Shown: positions 57,930 to 64,000 of the stretch, in pieces
How positions within the stretch are numbered: position 1 is the first letter of the stretch
Layout of the letters: each line of letters starts with the position of its first letter
Source: Bacteroidia bacterium
GTDB lineage: Bacteria > Bacteroidota > Bacteroidia > 2-12-FULL-35-15
Length of the DNA: 64,000 nucleotides
Assembly: GCA_045805205.1 (NCBI GenBank)
Contig: JBJMLR010000007.1
Location: 114,467 to 178,466 of the forward strand
Direction of reading: 5' to 3'
Translations under genes and position numbers: made by a program
Notes under the pieces: generated by a model
Told to the model about the DNA's origin: nothing
Databases searched by the model: none
Seen by the model: the letters and a program-made list of their open reading frames with translations, nothing else

Positions 57930-59027
57930 ATGAAAAAGAAAATCTTAATTGTTGTCGGCACACGTCCCAATTTCATTAAGGTAACTCAATTCAAAAAGGA
58001 GGCTGCCCATTTTCCCGGGATAGAGATCCGGATTGTTCATACCGGTCAGCATTTCGATGCTCAAATGGCGGATGTATTTTTTGAGCAGTTTGCCCTTCAG
58101 CCGGATTACTTTCTTAATATTTCCCAGGGATCTGCAAACCAGCAGATGTCGCAGATCATGACCAGGCTGGAAGAGCTGATCGCTGCTACTTTTAAGCCAG
58201 ACCTGGTAATGGTGGTAGGAGATGTGAACTCTACATTTGCCGCAGCGCTGACAGCGAAAAAGCTGAACATCCGGATCGCTCACCTGGAAAGCGGTTTACG
58301 AAGCTTTGATAAATCGATGCCCGAAGAAGACAACCGTGTACTAACGGATGCGATCACCGATCTTTTTTTCGTCACAGAACAATCAGGCATTGATAATCTT
58401 TTGAATGAGAAGGTGCCGGCTGAGAAGATCTTCTTTGTCGGTAATACGATGATCGATACGCTGGTGGCATACAAGGAGAAGATCATGGCATCGGACATTC
58501 TCGAAAAGCTGAAAATAGTCAAAGGAAATTATGTGCTGATGACCATGCACCGGCCGGCTACCGTTGATGACAGGGCCGGATTGCTTGAGCTGATCGGCCT
58601 CATCGAGGATGTAACGAGCTCAGAAAAACTGGTGTTCCCTGTTCATCCGCGCACATTGAAAAATATCACTGCCCAGGGTCTGATCAGTCATTTTGAAAGG
58701 AATAAAAACCTCGTAACGACTCCGCCGCTTGACTACTTTGCATTTCAGAAGCTCGCCGCCAGCTGTCATTACATCCTTACCGACAGCGGCGGGATCCAGG
58801 AAGAATCTACTCACCTGGGAGTTCCCTGTCTTACCTTAAGACCCAATACGGAACGCCCTGTTACTTGTTCCATCGGAACAAATACGCTGGTACCTTTTGA
58901 TCGCGCGGTGATCGGGAAAAATATCGCTGATATTAAGAGCGGCCGCTATAAAAAAGGAGTGAACCCGCCTCTGTGGGATGGCAGATCGACGTTTCGGATA
59001 TTGGAGATCATAAATTCCCTTCCGTGA
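57930..59027 (+). CDS. wecB: UDP-N-acetylglucosamine 2-epimerase (non-hydrolysing)
   Basis: VGTRPNFIK, HTGQH, VGDVNST, HLESGLRS, MPEEDNR, TDSGGIQEE. Confidence 0.93.
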   Translation: MKKKILIVVGTRPNFIKVTQFKKEAAHFPGIEIRIVHTGQHFDAQMADVFFEQFALQPDYFLNISQGSANQQMSQIMTRLEELIAATFKPDLVMVVGDVNSTFAAALTAKKLNIRIAHLESGLRSFDKSMPEEDNRVLTDAITDLFFVTEQSGIDNLLNEKVPAEKIFFVGNTMIDTLVAYKEKIMASDILEKLKIVKGNYVLMTMHRPATVDDRAGLLELIGLIEDVTSSEKLVFPVHPRTLKNITAQGLISHFERNKNLVTTPPLDYFAFQKLAASCHYILTDSGGIQEESTHLGVPCLTLRPNTERPVTCSIGTNTLVPFDRAVIGKNIADIKSGRYKKGVNPPLWDGRSTFRILEIINSLP

Positions 59028-60178
59028 TGAAATACCTCACCTACAACGATCAGCCGTCCGGTGTTTATTTCAGCCAGGTAACAGATGTATGTAATTTTGT
59101 GAGGAAAGAGCTGAATGTCGATCTGGGTCTGATCGCATTTATCTCGCTGCGGGGATTTTCATCTAACCGTAAGAAGATCAAAAAACATTTTCCACAGGCG
59201 CTCGTGCTCCCGATGTTTCCGAAAAGCAAAAACTGGAGAATGAACCGGCTGCTGCTTTCGCTTCTATTCACTTTCAAAGGCCCTGAAAGCTTATGGTGCA
59301 GGGGGATCTTTGCAGCCAATCTCGCATTGGATCTGAAAGCAAAACGCAAAGTGCAAAAAGTAGTATTCGATGGGAGAGGGGCTTACAAGGCCGAATTCAG
59401 CGAATATCTTCATAAGATCACCGGACTGAATGAAGACTTTGATGCGCTGGAAAAAAGAGCGGTCCGTGAATCTGATTACCGTCTGGCCGTTTCGGGTAAG
59501 CTGGTTGATTACTGGAGAAGAGAATTCGGCTACGGATCGGATGAGCATGTGATCATCCCCTGCACACTTTCGGCGGCGGAAAATAATACCGCTCCGGGAG
59601 AAAAAGAGATCGTGAAAAAAAGAGTACGAACTGAGCTGGGCGAAAATAAAACCGTTTTTGTGTACTCGGGGTCTTCGGCCGATTGGCAATCCATTCATCT
59701 CATTGATGACGTGATGTTCCCGGTAATGCGGGACAATCCGCACAGCGTATTGCTTGTGCTTTCAACGATGGATCTGTCCGGCCTTAAGGTTACGACTGGT
59801 TTTCCCGACAGAGTCCACAAAAAATGGCTGAAGCCCGAAGACGTGATGCCGGTGCTTTCTGCATGTGATTACGGCTTAATGATCCGCGAACGTTCTGTAA
59901 CGAATGAAGTAGCTTCACCTACGAAATTTGCAGAGTATCTTTCCGCCGGGCTGGACGTATTGATCTCCGAAGGAATTGGGGACTTTACTACATTTGTAGC
60001 GGTGAATAACTGTGGCACCGTGATCGGGGAACCGAATAAAAAGTATACTTTTAATCAGGTTTCCGAATCACGTAAAAATAAGAACAGGGAGCTCTCGCGG
60101 GTGTTTGAAAAAACGAATTATCTCGCAGAATTTAAAAAGATCATAAGTGTCCTGTCGCATGAACAGGAAAGTAAATAG
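59027..60178 (+). CDS. GT4-like glycosyltransferase
   Basis: FDGRGA..AE, VYSGS, ASPTKFAEYL. ATG 59027 overlaps the wecB stop. Confidence 0.75.
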   Translation: MKYLTYNDQPSGVYFSQVTDVCNFVRKELNVDLGLIAFISLRGFSSNRKKIKKHFPQALVLPMFPKSKNWRMNRLLLSLLFTFKGPESLWCRGIFAANLALDLKAKRKVQKVVFDGRGAYKAEFSEYLHKITGLNEDFDALEKRAVRESDYRLAVSGKLVDYWRREFGYGSDEHVIIPCTLSAAENNTAPGEKEIVKKRVRTELGENKTVFVYSGSSADWQSIHLIDDVMFPVMRDNPHSVLLVLSTMDLSGLKVTTGFPDRVHKKWLKPEDVMPVLSACDYGLMIRERSVTNEVASPTKFAEYLSAGLDVLISEGIGDFTTFVAVNNCGTVIGEPNKKYTFNQVSESRKNKNRELSRVFEKTNYLAEFKKIISVLSHEQESK

Positions 60179-60185
60179 TATCATT

Positions 60186-61094
60186 ATGAAAAAAATAGTA
60201 GTTACCGGGGGAGCAGGATTTATAGGTTCTGCGATCATTTCGGAGCTCCAGAAGCACGGCCATGAGATCTTCGTGATCGATAATCTTTCGTTCGGTAACC
60301 GCAGCTTCATTTCGGTTCCGGATGATCATTTTTTTAAGACGGATATCCTCGACAAGGACCGGATGAATGAAATCATCACCGGCATCTGCCCGCACAAGAT
60401 CATTCATCTTGCCGCGATCCACTTTATTCCATATTGCAACCAGCATCCTTTTGAATCCTCCAATATCAATATTCAGGGTACGATCAATGTTTTGAATGCG
60501 GCTGCAAAAGTACCGGGCCTGGAATCGGTGTTGTTTGCATCCACTGCTGCCGTTTACCCGATCTCGGATGTTGCCGTAAAGGAAACGCATGTATTGGATC
60601 CGCTGGATGTATATGGGCTGTCTAAGCTCACGGGCGAGCATCTCTGCAGGGAATTTCATCTTCAGACCGGGAAGCCGGTGATCGTATGCCGGTTCTTTAA
60701 TGCGTTCGGACCCAATGAAACGAATCCTCACCTGATCCCGGAGATCCAGCAGCAATTGCTTGCCGGGAAGAGAACGATCAAGCTTGGGAATCTTACTCCG
60801 AAGCGTGATTTTATTCATACACATGATATGGCAAATGCGATCCGTTTGCTGCTTGACAAATTCAATGAAGGAATGGAAACATTCAATCTCGGTCGGGGCA
60901 TCGAGTATTCTGTTTCTGAGATCGTGGAGGCATTTGAGCGGCAGCTCGGAGAAAAGATAACGATCGAAGTGGAAGCATCCCGTTTGCGTAAAGTGGAGCG
61001 GATGCACCTTCTTGCGGATATTTCCAGGCTCAAAGCTTTTACCGGCTGGGAACCGAAGATCAGCATCGATGAAGGAATCAAAACAATGATCTAA
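60186..61094 (+). CDS. NAD-dependent sugar epimerase/dehydratase (extended SDR)
   Basis: TGGAGFIG, HLAA, STAAVY, YGLSK, RFFNAFGP, RDFIH. ATG 60186 preferred. Confidence 0.9.
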   Translation: MKKIVVTGGAGFIGSAIISELQKHGHEIFVIDNLSFGNRSFISVPDDHFFKTDILDKDRMNEIITGICPHKIIHLAAIHFIPYCNQHPFESSNINIQGTINVLNAAAKVPGLESVLFASTAAVYPISDVAVKETHVLDPLDVYGLSKLTGEHLCREFHLQTGKPVIVCRFFNAFGPNETNPHLIPEIQQQLLAGKRTIKLGNLTPKRDFIHTHDMANAIRLLLDKFNEGMETFNLGRGIEYSVSEIVEAFERQLGEKITIEVEASRLRKVERMHLLADISRLKAFTGWEPKISIDEGIKTMI

Positions 61095-61103
61095 GCGATT
61101 CAG

Positions 61104-62213
61104 TTGAAAGTGAAAGTCATATTTTGCACGGATGGGATCTTCCCTCATGACGTAGGAGGAATGCAGCGTCATTCGAGGTTCCTGGCAGAGTACTTGGCGA
61201 AAAGCGGAAAGGTGGAGCTCACAGTGATCCATCCCCATCCCGAAAATGTATTTGAAAGTGCTCTCGGCATCACCGAGCTGAGAATTCAACCGATCGACAA
61301 AAAAAAAAATTACCTCCTGGAATGCTACCGGTATTCCAAAAGAGTAAATGCCCTGCTGCTGCAATACCCGGAACATATTGTCTATTCACAGGGTCTGAGC
61401 GTATGGTCTGGAATAAAAAAAGTTGCTCCGCGTCTCATTGTCAATCCCCACGGCCTGGAGCCATACCAGGCGATCAGCGGAAAGGATAAAGCGGCCGGCA
61501 TTCCTTTCCGGATGATCTTCAATTATATCTTTTCAAATGCAGCAAGAGTAGTTTCGCTCGGAGGAAAGCTGACAAACATCCTTGAAAAGAATATAAAAAA
61601 CACTAAAAAGATCATAGAGCTTCCGAATGCGGTAGTGCTGCCTCCTGTGAATCCTAAAGTGTTCAATCAGCAGATCCGTTGCCTGTTCGTAGGAAGGTTT
61701 GCAGGAAATAAAGGGATCCATATCCTGATCGAAGCGATCAAGCAGCTGAATGAAGAAGGTTACGGTGATAAAATGATCTTTAACCTCGGCGGAAAAGGTC
61801 CCCTGTTTGAGCACTATTCAACTTCATCTCAATACCCGAACCTGAATTATCTTGGATTCATTTCGGATGAGCAGCTGTTTGAACTGTACCGCTCCAATGA
61901 CCTTTTTGTCCTTCCGACGCTGTTCGAAGGGATGCCCACCGTTGTGCTGGAAGCGATGAGCTATGGAATGCCCGTGATCGTTTCGGATGTGGGAGCAACC
62001 TCTGTCCAGGTAGATGTCTCGAATGGCTACCTGATCCGGCGGAACGATGTGGATGTTTTGAAAGATGCGCTGAAAAAATTTTACGCATTGGATGCATCTC
62101 AAAAGGAAAAAATGTCGGAAGCTTCCCGCCGTAAAATTGAAAAGCAGTTCACCTGGGAAAAAGTAGCGGAAGCACATGTTCAGGAATTCTTAAAGCTGGC
62201 AGCGGCAAAATGA
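61104..62213 (+). CDS. GT4 glycosyltransferase
   Basis: GGMQRH, FVGRF..NKG, EGMPTVVLEA. Confidence 0.9.
   Translation: MKVKVIFCTDGIFPHDVGGMQRHSRFLAEYLAKSGKVELTVIHPHPENVFESALGITELRIQPIDKKKNYLLECYRYSKRVNALLLQYPEHIVYSQGLSVWSGIKKVAPRLIVNPHGLEPYQAISGKDKAAGIPFRMIFNYIFSNAARVVSLGGKLTNILEKNIKNTKKIIELPNAVVLPPVNPKVFNQQIRCLFVGRFAGNKGIHILIEAIKQLNEEGYGDKMIFNLGGKGPLFEHYSTSSQYPNLNYLGFISDEQLFELYRSNDLFVLPTLFEGMPTVVLEAMSYGMPVIVSDVGATSVQVDVSNGYLIRRNDVDVLKDALKKFYALDASQKEKMSEASRRKIEKQFTWEKVAEAHVQEFLKLAAAK
61299..61309 (+). repeat. A11 homopolymer inside a GT4 gene
   Basis: GAC AAA AAA AAA AAT (DKKKN). Confidence 0.9.
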
Positions 62214-63685
62214 AGATCGGCGCCAGATATAAAGATCCCCGGAATTTTTTGTTATGGATCAGCCTCGCTATCCTGATCAGGGGATGTATTCTATCTTTTT
62301 TTATTCACGAATCCCACCAGCTCACACCGGAAAGGATCGTCGGCGGGATCGCCGTGAAACAAAATGACTACTACATGTTCTTTGGGCCCGTGGAAGAGTA
62401 TTTCAAGTCGGGCTCTTTTTCCCTGGATGGCATTAAACCGTTTGCGGGACGGATCCCCGGCTATAGTACGCCGTATTTTATTCTCCGCATGGCTTTTAGC
62501 GAACCAACTGCTGTCGCGATCCTGATCATTTTTCAATTCCTGCTGTCAGCGGTATGTGTCTACCTCCTTTCTCTAATGGCGTTGCGGCAATTCAGGCATG
62601 CACGCTATTTTTATCTTACGTTCTTTATTTCGGCCGTCAGTATGTATACCGCACTGTACGATATTTTTACGCTTGCAGAAAGTTTTTCGGTCTCGGCCAT
62701 CACCCTTTGCCTGTATTTTGTTTTTCGTTTCCTGGACACCGAGAAAAAACGTTTTCTTGTGTTCGCCGGGATCTTCCTTGGCTGGGCAGTATTTCTGCGT
62801 TTGTTCCTGGGCATCCTGATCGTTCTGGTACCTCTTCTGCTGTTCATTTATTTGTGGAAGAAAAATAATTTCAAAAAAGCGTTCTGGTATGTATTTCTTT
62901 TCCTGCTTCCTTTTTGCATTTTTGAATCCGCCTGGGTCACCCGGAATTTTATCAGCTTAAAAAAGTTCGTTCCGCTCGAGACTTCTCTTGACGAATCATA
63001 CGGAAACCGTGGTTCCTACCGGTCATCGGCTCTTGCGGTCCGCCGGCTGATCATTGCCTGGGGAGGCGAGCCGGGAGAATTTTATGATCATTCCGAAGGA
63101 TGGTGGTTCAGAGAAGCGGAAGGCAAAGATGCCGATGAGTATGTATTTCAGCCCGGTGTTTTCCGGGGCAATTTTACAAAGGATTCATTGGTTTACCTGA
63201 AAATGCTTTTCAACGAGAGCATCTCAAAAGAGCGGACCGCTTCCGAACAGGATTCACTGAACCTGCTTGCGGAGAAAACCGCGGATCGTTTCCGGGAAGG
63301 ATATGTTACAAAAAATTTTATGTCGGTGTATCTGCTGAATCCATTGAAACGGGCGAGGCGACTCGTGTTCTCCAATCCCGGACTTGCAATGCCGCTTCCG
63401 CGTTATGCGGAGATGAGTATCTTTGAAAAGGGAATAAAATTCTTTTACACCGCTTTGTATTTCCTTATTATTTCAGGCGCCTGTGGAGCTGTTCTTCTTA
63501 TGCTGCTGAAGCGAAAATTTACGTTTGAGTGGTTGCTTTTGCTGACATTCCCGGCAGCGATCATTTTAACGCTGACATTTTTCCCGCTTTCCATCATGGA
63601 GAACCGCTATTTCCTTTCAGCCTACCCGATCTGTATTCTCTTCGTGATGTACCTGTTATCTTTACGATATGAAAAGAACCAGTGA
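62210..63685 (+). CDS. Multi-pass membrane protein, GT-C / ArnT-like
   Basis: N-terminal TM, NDY loop, RIPGY motif, about 10 TM segments, C-terminal ENRYF. Confidence 0.55.
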   Translation: MKIGARYKDPRNFLLWISLAILIRGCILSFFIHESHQLTPERIVGGIAVKQNDYYMFFGPVEEYFKSGSFSLDGIKPFAGRIPGYSTPYFILRMAFSEPTAVAILIIFQFLLSAVCVYLLSLMALRQFRHARYFYLTFFISAVSMYTALYDIFTLAESFSVSAITLCLYFVFRFLDTEKKRFLVFAGIFLGWAVFLRLFLGILIVLVPLLLFIYLWKKNNFKKAFWYVFLFLLPFCIFESAWVTRNFISLKKFVPLETSLDESYGNRGSYRSSALAVRRLIIAWGGEPGEFYDHSEGWWFREAEGKDADEYVFQPGVFRGNFTKDSLVYLKMLFNESISKERTASEQDSLNLLAEKTADRFREGYVTKNFMSVYLLNPLKRARRLVFSNPGLAMPLPRYAEMSIFEKGIKFFYTALYFLIISGACGAVLLMLLKRKFTFEWLLLLTFPAAIILTLTFFPLSIMENRYFLSAYPICILFVMYLLSLRYEKNQ

Positions 63686-64000
63686 GCTGATCCGTCGTAT
63701 TTTTATGAAGCAAGGCTGGTTTACCATCCCGAACGCGATCCTGCTGTTCATCAGTGTTTCCATTTTTTCGATCTGCATCTGGAAGCAGTATCCTGACATT
63801 CCGATCCACAATGAATTTGTGCATGAAGTGCATCTGGGGGAAAAAACACTGCCGGTCCACTTTCTTTATTTTCTGATCCTTCTTTTGCCTGAGCTGCTTT
63901 TCAAGAGCATCAAGGCTGTGAATATTTTCTCCGTGATCATTCTTTCCGTTTGTGTGCTCTTCAAGTACAGGGTCGTAAGAAATATTTTCAGTGAGGAGCT
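63669..64000 (+). CDS. Membrane protein, 3'-truncated by window edge (absent from the ORF track)
   Basis: Open frame from ATG 63669 to the end: MKRTSELIRR...TM...YPDIPIHNEF...PVHFLYFL...TM. Confidence 0.65.
   Translation, partial: MKRTSELIRRIFMKQGWFTIPNAILLFISVSIFSICIWKQYPDIPIHNEFVHEVHLGEKTLPVHFLYFLILLLPELLFKSIKAVNIFSVIILSVCVLFKYRVVRNIFSEE

Noticed and set aside
60141-61376. 411-aa minus-strand ORF
   Set aside because: Fully antisense to the motif-bearing epimerase and GT4 genes, with no recognisable motif. Treated as a shadow ORF.

Overview
Bacteroidota genomic window. The assignment rests on TAnnTTTG -7 promoter boxes, Gln at +1 of many signal peptides, and T9SS type A C-terminal domains. 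No rRNA, tRNA, CRISPR array or mobile element was recognised. Layout from left to right: (1) 1-11 kb, the end of a surface-glycan cluster (two DegT aminotransferases, GT2/GT4/GT11 transferases, a WaaL/Wzy_C membrane protein and a PglC-like initiating transferase). (2) 11-32 kb, housekeeping and envelope genes: SirB1-like protein, nucleoside phosphorylase, two tandem Usp genes, a 1218-aa Gly/Thr-rich T9SS cargo, DUF4197, FAH, a DEDDh exonuclease, four tandem PorE-like TPR/PD40 paralogs with differing C-termini, an E2 acyltransferase and glyA. (3) 32.3-41.9 kb, a compact exosortase locus: an associated membrane protein, a short XrtF/XrtX-type exosortase, an 80-aa PID-CTERM mini-protein with (GM)4 and C-x6-C, and two convergent T9SS cargo paralogs sharing a ~500-aa C-terminal module. 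(4) 42-64 kb, a second glycan locus (Wzc, Wzm/Wzt, GTs, MBOAT+SGNH+SDR, WecB, epimerase, GT-C-like proteins). It is interrupted by a translationally coupled cassette of a small T9SS protein and two signal-peptide-bearing S74-chaperone fibre proteins. The best candidates for undescribed biology are the exosortase/mini-peptide/T9SS-cargo locus, the fibre cassette and the divergent OmpA-like domain in the PorE-like array. All family assignments come from motif recognition by eye; no database searches were run.
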